From contig NC_067400.1 in assembly GCF_016432865.1 (NCBI RefSeq), positions 54,374,001-54,438,000 of the forward strand: a stretch of DNA of 64,000 nt, given 5' to 3'. This document shows, piece after piece, positions 14,057 to 25,024 of this stretch. The stretch comes from Antechinus flavipes. Lineage: Eukaryota. The notes beneath the pieces are model-generated. The model saw nothing but the letters and a program-made list of their open reading frames with translations, was not told where the DNA came from and made no database searches. Both the position numbers and the translations under genes were made by a program. Each line of letters opens with the position of its first letter. Within the stretch, counting starts at the first letter, position 1.

Positions 14057-14361
14057 TGTTGGAATACATGGGAGAGCTATTGGAATACATGGGAGCCACT
14101 TGACAGTGGCTGCTGGAGGTCTAACCCAGAATGGATCTCCTCTTGTGAGAGGATGATACAAGAAGACTGAGAGGCAGTTGCTGTTCTCTGACCATACTGA
14201 CGGAGAAGCCATTGTGTTGTCCGACCTCTCTCCTCTCTGCCTCCAATTTATCTCATTCCTAGTCTGCGACCCCTGTATCAGCAAAGGTTGCCTTACAACT
14301 CCTTCAGATGTTGTGATCCACAGCTTTGGAGGCTCTCGGAGAATTGACCTGTCCCTTAACA
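14057..14361. mobile_element. Solo LTR (305 bp), probably class II/ERV2, inserted in a MIR3 relic
   Basis: TGTT...AACA termini with the 6 bp TSD CTCAAT (14051-14056 and 14362-14367). Confidence 0.75.
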
Positions 14362-15150
14362 CTCAATGGTCTCTCAGATTCCCTGATAATTTGTCTTTGA
14401 AACTATATTCTTAAAGATCTTTTTTAACTTCAGATCTATGATTATGCCTCAATTCCACCAACTAATTATGCACTTTGAGTTGCTCTGTCAGCAATTCTGA
14501 CATATCTCCAATATCTTTCCTCAATCCCCTAGGATGAGTACACTGGCTGGCAAAATATGACATGAAGAGATGGAGATATGTGACTGTCAGCATCAAATCT
14601 GTGACTTGGGCCTCAGTATAGGAAGTACTCCTTCCAGCTTAGTTAACTGGTCCATGACAAATCCAGAACTACCTTAGGTAACAGCAAATGTATGAAACCA
14701 GCCAGCTTTGGTCTTTTCTCCTCCAAAATCTGAGTTACCTCAGAGAATATCAGAACAATGATTGCTGCCCTTGAAGTGATCCCATCCCATCCCTTGGTAT
14801 AATCCATTGAGGTAGGAGACAGGACAGGGGGGAATATAAAGAGCTGACTGGGAATATAGAATTTTCATTGAAAAATAATTGATCTGTTTCTTACAAAATG
14901 CAAATTATCTCTCAGTTCTACTCAGTTCTACAATTCTGTGATTCAATCAAAAACAGCCAAGTAATTCCATGTGGGATCAGAAGAAGGGAAAAAAGGCAGA
15001 GAACAAAGATGCATATATCTCCAAAGTGCTTTTTATTCATCAGGTTAAGTCTTGAGCAATACTCTTTTTTTTTTTTTTTGAGACAATCAGGATTAACTGA
15101 CTTATTCAGGGTTATACAGCTAGTATGTGAGGTCACATTTGAACTCAGGT

Positions 15151-15686
15151 TGTAATGCCAGAGAAACTGAGACAAGACAGAGATTGGTTTTTAATCTTTA
15201 TAAGGTGGAGAGGTTTTTTTTTTTTTTTTTTTTTAGGCTAGCTGGCCTGATGGGACTCATGTTCAAAAATCATATGGCTCTGAGGCAGGGAACTTTTATA
15301 GCTAACTAGAGTTTGCAAACAGAAAAACCTGAGTATACAATCTTATAGGGGAAACAAAAGCAGGTAAGGGAAGTGAGGGGGTGAGGACACTGGGTGAGTG
15401 GACAAGCCATAATTTCAGAAAAGGATCGTAACTTAGTCCTGACAGGATAAGGGTCAAGATAAGAAAGTCAAGGGCAGGAGACAGCAAGATGAGGGGCAAT
15501 ACTCAAATGGAGGGGGAATTATCCTAGCAAGGACTGAGTTAATGCACCTGGATTTTATGATGCACTGGAATATAAAGTGGCCAGAGCTTCAAGATTTTTC
15601 CTGACTCGGTTCTCCCAGTCCTAATAGCAAAGGAAAAAAAAGGGGAGAGCATAACAATTCAGCATGTGACAATTCAGGGCATAACA
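15151..15686 (-). mobile_element. Solo LTR (536 bp), probably class I/ERV1, inserted in a SINE
   Basis: TGTAATGCC...GGCATAACA termini; 4 bp TSD AGGT (15147-15150 and 15687-15690); minus-strand TATAAAA (15294-15300) and ATTAAA (15190-15195). Confidence 0.8.
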
Positions 15687-16214
15687 AGGTCCTCCAGATT
15701 CCAAGGCTAGGGCTCTAGCCACTGCATGTCTTGCTATTTTTTGAAGTAATGAGAAAAGAAATTAAAATCACTAGCATTAAATAATGCTGCTTGGACTTAA
15801 GTTACAGATAGAGTACTGGCTACATGATAATAACTATGGGAAAGTAATCATCTAGATGAATTACTGGTAGTTTCTTTAATCTGTAAAATGGGATTATAAT
15901 ATTTATATGAACTTTGCCACAAGCTTTTTATGAAAAAATCATGGATTCTTCTCCGGGCTCCATTTCTAGCTCTGTAAACTTCTTTCTTCATCATGATGCA
16001 TTAGTCTTCTTCCACCCAAGGTCAGTCAGCCCCTATAGTCCTTTTCTCTGACTGGTCAGTTCCTCGAAGAGTTTTTAATTTAAGGAAAATGACCAGAAAA
16101 GTAGCCATGTTCATTGCTTCATTTCTCTCGAAGCTGCTCTCATAGCTGACTTCTTTCTCTGCTACGATCCCTCTGGTACCTTCTCTCAGAACTCCTGCAA
16201 TCATTTCTAAGCAT

Positions 16215-16365
16215 CCTTTTATGTTTTATCTTCACCAATTTGATTGTAATTTCATTAAAGGCAGAAACCATCTTTCTTTTTGTTTCTATTTGTATTTCTA
16301 GTGCTTAGTAAAAGGCCCAGCACATAGAAAATACTTAATGAATGGCTTGTTGACTTGACTTGTGA
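16215..16365 (+). mobile_element. L2 3' end
   Basis: tttgtatttctagtgcttagta..gcccagcacatag..tacttaatgaatggcttgttgacttgact. Confidence 0.75.
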
Positions 16366-16902
16366 CTATGTAAATGTGAGTTAATTATTACTGTTTTCAT
16401 TGAGTTGAGATAATACTTCAGCATTTTCTCCCACTAAGTAATACAATATTCCTATTGCCTGGAGAGAATCTAGAAATGAGAGATGAAACAAGGTTTCAGT
16501 AGGAAATGCTTAAAGCAGGAGACAAGTGATTTATCATGATTTCATAGTAACAACTCATATAGAGTAAAATCATCTTGAAAATGTGAGTCTGTGTCAGGTT
16601 CCATTGTATTGTTTGATTTTTGTTGAAATGCATTTTTCTTACTATTTCTTTTTTGTTATAGAATGGATTGGGGGAGGAAGAGGAGGAGGAAGAAGGATAT
16701 ATTGGGAGAAAGGGTGATTAAAATGTTCATAAAGATCTTTTTTAAAAAGAAATGAGTTTGACTTAAAAGAAAGTATCAGGCTAAACAGAGTTTGCTGATT
16801 CATATTAAGTGAGGGGGGTGGGAGGGAGAAAATAATTCTTTTATGTGAGAAAGAAACAATTAAATAAGGAAAAGGAGACTGTTGTGTGTTTGTTCGGTAT
16901 AT

Positions 16903-16908
16903 TTTATT
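16903..16908 (-). terminator. Probable polyadenylation signal of copy 1
   Basis: AATAAA on minus about 640 nt after the stop, in a CTTTCAATAAAAT context resembling the array's TTCTCAATAAAAT. Confidence 0.55.
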
Positions 16909-17154
16909 GAAAGTAGCAAAAGAATTAGTAGAAAAATATAGCAGAAGAGAACAGTAACATATTTATATAATCTAAAAAGAAAAAATGTAGGTAACAAATT
17001 GAAAAGATAATATCTCATGGGAAATTGAAGAAGATAAAAAGATGAGAGAATTTGTATATTTATGACTTGATACATGATAATCTTTTGGAGGATTTGTAAA
17101 ATGACATAATGGTGATAGAATTATACCTAGGAGAAGAGATTAGAGTCTGAGATA

Positions 17155-17365
17155 GCACAGTCATAGAAATATAGGTTTAAAACTGGAAGAGCTTTTGATA
17201 GCCATCAGATCCAGCCACCTTCCCAACTTTGCAGGTGAGAAAATTGGGCCTCTGTAAGATTAATTTGCCTAGAGTCAGCATAGCTAATAAGTGTCCAAGG
17301 CTAGGATTTGAATCTAGGTTTCCCCCATTTCCAAGTCCTGTGCTTTATTCACTACATCATGCTGC
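17155..17365 (-). mobile_element. MIR3-like relic inside the probable 3' UTR of copy 1
   Basis: Minus strand reads gcagcatgatgtagtgaataaagcacaggac..attcaaatcctagcc..ctcttccagttttaaacctat. Confidence 0.7.
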
Positions 17366-17548
17366 TTTTCACAAAAATCAAAATCATCCAACAATTAGGA
17401 AGGTACTCACTCAACTGCAGTGAGCCTAGGAGATGGCATACAAGGAAGAGAGAAACAAATAGGCTGAGATGAAGAAAAGTCTTACCTTCATGCTTCACAT
17501 GTGTCCCCACCAGGTCCTTCCTGGAAGCTCAGAGCCAATCACTCCCAC

Positions 17549-17920
17549 CTAGCAGCAACATTGCTTCTTACAGCAGCACTGTTGGCAGCAGCATTTCTGT
17601 TGGCAGCAGCCTTTGCAACAGCCACAGCCCTTGCCACAGCCACAGCCACAGCCACCACAGCCACCACAGCAGCAGGTGCGGCGGCAGCAGACCACTGTAG
17701 GGCTGCAGCAGCCCCCACAGCAGCCACAGCAGCAGGGGCAGCAGCCAGAGCAGCAGCCTACACGGCGGCAGCTACAGGTGGTACAGCAACAATTGCCACA
17801 GCCACCGCAGCCTCCACAGCCACAGCCTCCGCAGCCGCCACAGCCGCCACAGCCACCACAGCCGCAGCCACCACAGCTGTTGCAGGTGGTACAGCTTCCT
17901 CTACAGCCACAACAACCCAT
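17549..17920 (-). CDS. SCYGR: Cys/Gly-rich ultra-high-sulfur keratin-associated protein, SCYGR/KRTAP28-like, copy 1 (123 aa, inverted orphan copy)
   Basis: ATG-initiated intronless ORF MGCCGC...[32 protein letters not shown]...[29 protein letters not shown] lies 101 bp upstream. Central and C-terminal blocks resemble the human SCYGR motifs as recalled. The symbol is family-level only. Confidence 0.9.
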   Translation of the reverse strand: MGCCGCRGSCTTCNSCGGCGCGGCGGCGGCGGCGCGGCGGCGNCCCTTCSCRRVGCCSGCCPCCCGCCGGCCSPTVVCCRRTCCCGGCGGCGCGCGKGCGCCKGCCQQKCCCQQCCCKKQCCC

Positions 17921-18013
17921 AGTGTCAGTATAGAGGGTTCAAATAAGATGAGAGAGAGGACTCAGGAAAGGGGAGGTGAGTGAAGTTTGATACTCTCCTT
18001 CCACAGGGCAGCC

Positions 18014-18021
18014 CTTATATA
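18014..18021 (-). promoter_or_regulatory. TATA box of copy 1
   Basis: CTTATATA on plus (TATATAAG on minus). The TATA-to-ATG segment aligns with that of copies 2-8. Confidence 0.8.
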
Positions 18022-19126
18022 CTCTAGTAGGTGGGGGTGACTGAGTATGTCACAAGATACTTCCTTCTTGTTGCTTATCTCATTTTGATGACATATTTTC
18101 TTTGTCTCACGTTCTCTTCTTCACTAGGATGCCTTTGACTCCTTGGCTACTTTGTCTCTTGGCTCCTTGATTGTCCCAATCCCTGTTTTTTCTATTCTTG
18201 ACTCTACTTCAGCTAGCCCCACCCTTTCTCCAAATATTCATAGTTTAACCCTCACCATCATCCAAAACTCCTCATCACTATTCAAGATCTGGAATTCTAA
18301 GGTATCCTTGTGTGAGCATAATGTTCTGTTCCATCTTTCCTTTTTCTTAATGAGCCTATTTAAAAAAAAAATTCAGACTATTTTGATCCTTCCTAGATGA
18401 ATTGATAATTAATTTATGAAATTATGAAGTAGAGCAGGCACACCCAGTTCTTTGATACTCACTGTGAAAGACTACTATGACAAGGAGAAATGAGGCAGCA
18501 ATTGCATTTTAATAAGGCCCAAAGGATGTAGGCATGAAAATCCAGAAATTATAGAGATATAGTAAAAGGAGATATAGAGTCAAATGCCATTGGGATAGAG
18601 GATGGGATAAAGAAGGGAGGCAGCAGGGGAAAAAGAATTAGGAGGGAAAAAAGCACAGGGACTCACTCATGAAATGATGGAGTAGATTTGGAAGCACTTG
18701 GTAGAGTGGACACAATGGAGATGGAAGCAGATTTGGGGAGTTTGAGGTCTCATTTTATAAGATTTTGGGGAGAAAGAGGCTAATCTTTCTCCTTGCCACC
18801 TTGGGAATTAATCCATTAATATATCCAAATCATCTCAAAGTTTCAGTAAAACTTTAAGGTTAATATATCCATGTCATCCCACAGTTATCAGTAGAACTTC
18901 TACTAGATTTGATGCAAATATCTAAAACTTATCTGGGATTTATTTATCACAGGAGCAAAAATTCCTGACTACAGAGCTTCCCCTAATTCAGCATATCACA
19001 ACATTGTAATTTGTTAAATATACAATTGGCAAATTTGGCTCTTTTTGATCTCTGGAATGGTTTGTATATAACTCCTGCGTTCCTCTTTGCAATCTTTCTT
19101 CCTGATATTGCTACTTTATACTTTTA

Positions 19127-19350
19127 TTGTTGTTAAGTTCTTTCAGTCATGTCCAATTCTTCATGATGCCATTGGGATTTTCTTAGCAAAGATGCTGGAC
19201 TAATTTGCCATTTCCTTCTCCAGATCATTTTACAGATGAAGAAACAAAGGCAAAAAAGGTTAATTAACTTGCTGAGGTTCTGCGGCCATATTTGAAATCA
19301 GGAATATGAGTCTTCCTGATTCCAAACCTGGCACTTTATCCACAGCAACA
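19127..19350 (-). mobile_element. MAR1-like SINE between divergent copies 1 and 2
   Basis: ttcagtcatgtccaattcttc..ttgccatttccttctccag..cattttacagatgaag. Confidence 0.75.
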
Positions 19351-19745
19351 CTTAGCTGCCACTTCATACTGGCTCCTTGTAAATTTACTTATTATACAGA
19401 GGAGGAAAGAGAGACAGAGAGGAAGGAAGAGGAGGAGAAAAAAAGGAGGATAAAATCTGCAAATTACAGATCAGTGAATTTGGCCTGGTAATTTTGCAGA
19501 AAAGATAGAATTATCTAGTACTAAACAATAGTACAATTGGATAAATTAAAAACTGAGCAGTCTCAAAGAGCAACTTAAACTTTTAAGGAGGCCTCCTGAA
19601 ATTCAGACAATACTAAAACAAATAATTTAATGAGGCAGAGGCGGCTCAAAGAGGATGTAAATAAGAAAGTAGAGCTCATGTGATTATCAGAACTGGGATA
19701 AACAACAAAAAACATCATGGGTCCTAGACCAGCTCTTGAGCAGTG

Positions 19746-19753
19746 TATATAAG
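19746..19753 (+). promoter_or_regulatory. TATA box of copy 2
   Basis: TATATAAG 99 bp before the ATG, positionally conserved in all array copies. Confidence 0.85.
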
Positions 19754-19844
19754 GGCTGTCCTGTAGAAGGAGAGCATCAAACTTCACTCATCTCTCCTGA
19801 GTCCTTTCCCTCCTCGCATCATTTGAATCCTCTGTTCTGACACT

Positions 19845-20228
19845 ATGGGTTGTTGTGGCTGTAGAGGAAGCTGTACCACCTGTAACAGCTGTGGTGGCTG
19901 TGGCTGTGGTGGCTGTGGCGGCTGTGGCGGCTGTGGCGGCTGCGGGGGCTGCGGCTGTGGTGGCTGCGGCAGCTGTGGCAACTGTTGCTGTACCACCTGT
20001 ACCTGCCGCCGTGTAGGCTGCTGCTCTGGCTGCTGCCCCTGCTGCTGTGGCTGCTGTGGGGGCTGCTGCAGCCCTACAGTGGTCTGCTGCCGCCGCACCT
20101 GCTGCTGTGGTGGCTGTGGCTGTGGCTGTGGCTGTGGCTGTGGCAAGGGCTGTGGCTGTTGCAAGGGCTGCTGCCAACAGAAATGCTGCTGCCAGCAGTG
20201 CTGCTGTAAGAAGCAATGCTGCTGCTAG
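19845..20228 (+). CDS. SCYGR: SCYGR/KRTAP28-like protein, copy 2 (127 aa)
   Basis: Intact ATG..TAG ORF; TATATAAG at 19746; AATAAA at 20896. Confidence 0.92.
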   Translation: MGCCGCRGSCTTCNSCGGCGCGGCGGCGGCGGCGGCGCGGCGSCGNCCCTTCTCRRVGCCSGCCPCCCGCCGGCCSPTVVCCRRTCCCGGCGCGCGCGCGKGCGCCKGCCQQKCCCQQCCCKKQCCC

Positions 20229-20261
20229 GTGGGAAAACTCTCCACCAATTGGTAAGATTTC

Positions 20262-20515
20262 ACAGGGGTTTAGCAATAGAGCATTGGCCTGAGACTTAAG
20301 AAGATGAGGTCCTAAACCTCACTCTGCCAGTGACTTAACATAAGACCTCATGCATGTCACTTGCACAGACTCAGAGAAAAACCAATCCTCAGAGGGAAGA
20401 GGAACATGAGAGGGCAACGTGATTGTAATTTACCTCATTTCCCTCATTTCACAAAATAAGAAGCTTAAATAAGATGGACCCTGAGATTATTGCCAGCTCT
20501 GAGGTCTGACTGCTA
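20262..20515 (+). mobile_element. Degenerate sense MIR/MIR3 relic in the 3' UTR of copy 2 (homologous in copies 3-8)
   Basis: aatagagcattggcctgag.. (head), ctctgcca..gtcactt (CORE 5' part), ctcatttccctcatttcacaaaat..agatgg..gccagctctga (MIR3 3' part). Confidence 0.55.
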
Positions 20516-20895
20516 TTATTCACTCCTGCTCTTTTCTGGCCTGAATAGAATTGAGGCATCCATGAACATATATGATCCTTTGAGTTATTTGCACTTAATT
20601 AATGCCCCTTCTCAAAGGCACTGTTGCAACTGAGATCTGTCTCCCTATGAGGCTTGTCTCTCAATACAATTGGTCTCAGACAATGAGAAAAGGACACAGC
20701 CCAGCTACTGGAGAATAGTCAAGCCTATGAGCCAAGCAAAGTGGAATCATGATTTTTTTTTAATATTTTCTTTCTTAGTGCTTTTCATCCTCTTTTGTCT
20801 TTTCTATCTTTAATCTTGTTCTTTCCATATGTACTATATATTATTTTACTACTCTGCTGCTCTGGAGTCTTTCTAAATCTTTACTAATTTTTCTC

Positions 20896-20901
20896 AATAA
20901 A
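20896..20901 (+). terminator. Polyadenylation signal of copy 2 (homologues at 26617, 32956, 41488, 50174, 56493, 62168)
   Basis: AATAAA conserved 646-668 nt after the stop in all seven array copies, followed about 35-45 nt later by a TTTTTGTTTG U/GU-rich element. Confidence 0.75.
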
Positions 20902-21872
20902 ATCCAAAAAATGACCATAAAATCACTCATGCTCCTTTTTTGTTTGAATATATGAACAACTCTAATAGACGCACAATTATATCCTCTTGAGGACTGGATT
21001 TTCTCACAAAAGTGGGGCTCTTATCATGTTGCTAGAAGGGGTTAAGGGTTCAATAGAAGAAAAGCACTCAGTTCAGAGACAGCACAAATTTCCATGCATC
21101 TTACCTTGGGAATCCTCAAGGAAATGATCCCTGCTCACAAACCAATGTTGAGAAATGTTTTCCCACCATTACAAGTTTATTGAACATTTCTGATGAATTA
21201 AGACTACAATGTAGCCTTACCCTTTAAATGGGGGTGCCCTTAAAGGATGATCTTTGAATCAAGACCATCTCAACACCTGTGCAACCTTGAGCCCTCCCTG
21301 TGCCCAGTCTGGTACTCTTCCATGATAAAAATAATTACTCTGAAGACCAATAATAGTAAGACGCTGGCTGTCCCCAATAATAGGATCCAGACAAGAATTG
21401 AAAAGTATTTTGGCAGGCCAAAACTATGGACTTACTCCAACAAAATGAAATTTGATAAGAGAAATGCATGTGAGTACATTTTGGTTCAAAAATTCAATTT
21501 CACACGTTCAAGATGAGGGGTTCATAGTACTCATGTAGTTTGTCTGAAAAAGATCTGTAGATTTTGATGGACCACAAGCTCAGTATGAATCAACAGTGTA
21601 CCATGACAGCCAAAACAATGAGTTAGTGTGACCTGAAGCTTCATGGAGAGAAATGACTTTCAAGAATCAGGAAGTAATTATTTCCACCTTAGCTTCCTCT
21701 GCTCACACTTGGAACACTGTGGTCAGTTCTTTCTTCACTATGTAGGAAGATTATTTATACTGTGCTTAGTATCTAAGCCAACAATAGCACTACAGGGTCT
21801 AAATCCCCCAAAAAAATTTTAAATAGAAGAAAAGAATCCACCTGTACAAAAATATGTATGACATCTCCTTTT

Positions 21873-22403
21873 GTTGTTCTTTTGTTTCTTTGTTTTGCTT
21901 TTTATTAAAGTTTTTTTTATTTTTCAAAACATATGCATGGACAATCTTTAACATTAGCCCTTGCAAAACTTATGTTCCAATTGTTTCTCCCTTTCCTCAC
22001 ACCCTCCCCTAGATGGCAAGTAGTCCAAAATATATTAAATATGGTAAAATATATGTTAAATCCAATATATGCATACATATTTATACCATTATTACGCAGC
22101 ACAAGAANNNNNNNNNNNNNNNNNNNNNNNNNNNNNNNNNNNNNNNNNNNNNNNNNNNNNNNNNNNNNNNNNNNNNNNNNNNNNNNNNNNNNNNNNNNNN
22201 NNNNNNNNNNNNNNNNNNNNNNNNNNNNNNNNNNNNNNNNNNNNNNNNNNNNNNNNNNNNNNNNNNNNNNCAAAAAGAGTGAAAATGCTATGTTGTAAAC
22301 CATACTCATTTCCCACAGTCCTCTCTCTGGGTGCAGATGGCTCTCTGCATTACTGAACAATTGAGACTGATTTGAATCATCTCATTGTTGAAGAGAGCCA
22401 CAT
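21873..22403 (-). mobile_element. Short 5'-truncated L1 insertion, spacer 2-3 (contains an N gap)
   Basis: L1 3' UTR between the duplicated ATG(A/T)CATCTC(C/T)TTTT at 21858-21872 and 22404-22418. Confidence 0.85.
22108..22270. other. Assembly gap (163 N)
   Basis: Run of N. Confidence 1.
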
Positions 22404-22840
22404 ATGTCATCTCTTTTTGGAATGGCAAAGAACTGGAAATTAAGGGGATGTTCATCAATTGGGGAATGGCTGAACAAGTTGTAATATATGATTATATTGG
22501 AATACTCTTGCATTCTAAGAAATGACAAGAAGGATGCTTTCAGAAGAACCAGGAAAGAGCTGGTGAACTGATGAATAGTGGAATAAACAAAATCAGGAGA
22601 ACATTGTACAAAGTAACAGCAATATTGTGTGATCAACTGTGAATGATTTAGCTATTGTCAACAATAAAATTATCTAAAATAATTTCAAAGGATTTATGAT
22701 CGAGAGAAATGATTGCTTCTCTCATTTATTTATCTATTAACTATTGGAGAGATTCAGGATTTTTTCCTTCCTATTTCCTCCTTCTCTAACATTTTCTTCA
22801 ATCTTAGACCACACTCAACTAGAAAAACTAGCTTAGATCC

Positions 22841-23015
22841 CAGGGCTTCTTAAAGTTTTTTCTACTTGTGACTCCTTTTCACCTGAGAAATTTTTGTGAC
22901 CCCATGTACATTGGTATAGAAAAGAGGCTTAAAATCAAACACTTCCTGATAATAAATCATAATTTCATAACTCCCTATTCAGTTACACAACCCCATAGAA
23001 GTTTAAGAAGCTTTG
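22841..23015. mobile_element. hAT-type MITE (homologues about 37675-37852, 44437-44616, 58356-58532; right end deleted at about 29440 and 52907)
   Basis: About 14 bp terminal inverted repeats CAGGGCTTCTTAAA / TTTAAGAAGCTTTG. The TSD is ambiguous. Confidence 0.6.
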
Positions 23016-23699
23016 GTTTAGATGAATAAGCAAATTCAAGCCAATTGTGTTTCAGTCAGACATGTACGAATGGATTACTCTTTTTTTTAAAGATTACCTT
23101 ACACTACATTGGTCAGGAAAGAGGTAAGTTACTTTGTTCAAGACTGAATGATCAATCATTTCCCTGGACCCTCATTAGAATAAGCCCACTTCTTATTAGA
23201 ATATTTATTGTTTCATGACTTATTAACGATTCAGATTTGATTTCTCCCCTCAGGAACACACACTCGGCCATGGACATTTAAGCACTGAGTGGGTTTCATG
23301 AGGGATTTTTGAAATTCCAGAGTAGCCCACCCCCTTTTAAAAAAATTATCTTCTGGTAATAACTAATGAAGAAATTAATTACGTTAAAACTATAGCTCTC
23401 AAAGTTCTTATATATCGCATGATAAATAATTCTATCCACTTCCAGAGAAAAAAGTGATGGAATCTGAAGGCAGATTAAAGCATACTATTCTTTACTCTTT
23501 TTATGGGGGGGAGAGGGTCAGAGTTCTTTCCCAACCTAACATGTAAATTTAAAGTTTTAAGATTTTTTTTTAAAGGATGTAGGTTTATAAGCTAAAAAGT
23601 TTACAGAAGGAGATAACTAGAAGAGAAAAGGGCCTTTAATGCATATCAAATGAAGGTCATTTGAAGGAATTATATGATGTTCAACTTCAAGAAAAGAAA

Positions 23700-24000
23700 T
23701 TCAAGGAAGGATAAGATTAATGCCATGTGAAATAGGGAATGGATTTTGACTGTTCAACCCAGAGAGCTTAACTACAAATTATGGATGAAAGTTTCAAAGA
23801 AGCCAATCAGATTTGATATAATAATAAGTAGAACTATGCCTAATAGAATGGATAGTGAGTTCCCTCTTATTGGAGATATTTATACAAACACTGAATGGCC
23901 ATTTCTCAAGTGCCCATAGTGAGGATGCTTTTTCTGGTATGATTGATGGAGCTGGATGCCAAGATCACTTCTGATCTCTCAAATTCTAGGTATTCTGTGA
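23700..24000 (+). mobile_element. L3/CR1 3' end relic (one per spacer)
   Basis: gatagtgagttccctcttattggag..ggatg..caaattctaggtattctgtgatc matches the L3/MIR3-type 3' end. Confidence 0.65.
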
Positions 24001-24099
24001 TCTCTCTAAAAACAGTTCCTCTCTCTAAAAACAGTTCAAATCTTTTATATTCTAAACAATAACCAGAATACTATTTCTTTTCTCTGCTACTTGCTCCAC

Positions 24100-24720
24100 A
24101 ATATAGATTACTCCATCTTCGTCTTTTCATTACAAAGCTTCAGTAAAGAAGTGGTCTCATTCCTTAGGCCCCTAAGATCTGACTTCCATTCCTACAAGTC
24201 ATCTGAAACATCTATCTCTAGGGGTATTAGGCCTCTAAAAGTCAACTCCATTGATTCATTCTCAGTCCTCACTAAAGACCTTCCTGCAATCTCTGAAACT
24301 TGCTCACCCCCCTCTTCTTGATGCCCATTTCTCCTCTGGTTTTTATTTCTCCCCCACATCCTTTTCCCTTCCCCCCACAATCCTCACTGTCATAACTCAA
24401 GCTTTCATCACCTCATACCTGGATTATTGCAATAGCCTTCTATTTGGCCTTCCTGCTTCAAGCCTCTTTCTACTCCAATCCAGCTTCCCAACAGCCACCA
24501 AGTTCAAGTCTGACCTTATCATCTCAACTCAATGTAATCCAGTTTCTCCCCCTAATCCCATTAGTATTTTTGATAGGCTGGTGCACAGAGTTGACTCAAG
24601 TATTTGGAATCCAATATAAACTCCTATGCTTGATGTTTAAATTCTGTACAACCAGACACTCTCTTACTTTTTTAGTCTAACAAATTTCTCTTTTCCTCAC
24701 ACTCTACAATCCTTTCTCTA
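24100..24720 (+). mobile_element. L2 RT relic (one per spacer)
   Basis: Translates to LRSDFHSYKSSET..FSVLTKDL and AFITSYLDYCNSLLFGLPASSL, versus L2 QSGFR..STETAL..LDLSAAFD and LDYCNSLLxGLP. Confidence 0.85.
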
Positions 24721-24816
24721 TGAGACAAGTAGCATAGATGGAATTTCTCCACTCGCCCCCAATTTTAGAAGTCAAGAATGGGAAGGTAAGTTTTTGGCCT
24801 AAAGAATGGGAAGGTA

Positions 24817-24962
24817 GGGCACCTAGGTGGCACAGTGGATAGAGCACCAGTTCTCAAGTCAGGAGGACCTGAGTTCAAATTTGAATTAAGACATTTATCA
24901 TTTCCTAGTTGTGTGACCCTTGCCAAGTCTCATAACCCCAATTGCCTCAGAAAAAAAAAAAA
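24817..24962 (+). mobile_element. WSINE1-like SINE, spacer 2-3
   Basis: gggcacctaggtggcacagtggatagagcacc..aaccccaattgcctc plus poly-A, directly after AAAGAATGGGAAGGTA. Confidence 0.9.
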
Positions 24963-25024
24963 GGAACATAAAAGAAATTAAGTGTCTGACCTTTGGTAGT
25001 ACAGCCAGTAAAAGGGCCAGGGCT

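Noticed and set aside
1-17000. Short ORFs (60-118 aa) in the left 17 kb
   Set aside because: They overlap TE relics or low-complexity DNA, often start at non-ATG codons, and show no recognisable domain or exon structure.
19784-20164. Antisense Gln/Pro-rich ORFs resembling SPRR or involucrin-like proteins
   Set aside because: They start at a non-ATG codon, have no promoter or poly(A) signal, and are a frame shadow of the Cys/Gly repeat.
19788-20276. Antisense Ala/Thr-rich ORFs of about 160 aa (MLNPCEILPIGG...) over every copy
   Set aside because: They start at TTG, not ATG. TGY/GGY codons give antisense RCA/RCC triplets that cannot be stops, so the open frame is a compositional shadow.
20302-20324. 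Small hairpin (TGAGGT CCTAA ACCTCA) in the 3' UTR
   Set aside because: It is short, lies within the MIR relic, and the copy 6 substitutions are not compensatory.
24783-24792. Strong splice-donor-like AAG/GTAAGT about 800 bp upstream of each array ATG
   Set aside because: There is no good acceptor before the ATG, and a TATA box sits at the expected distance for an intronless gene. Conservation is explained by recent duplication.
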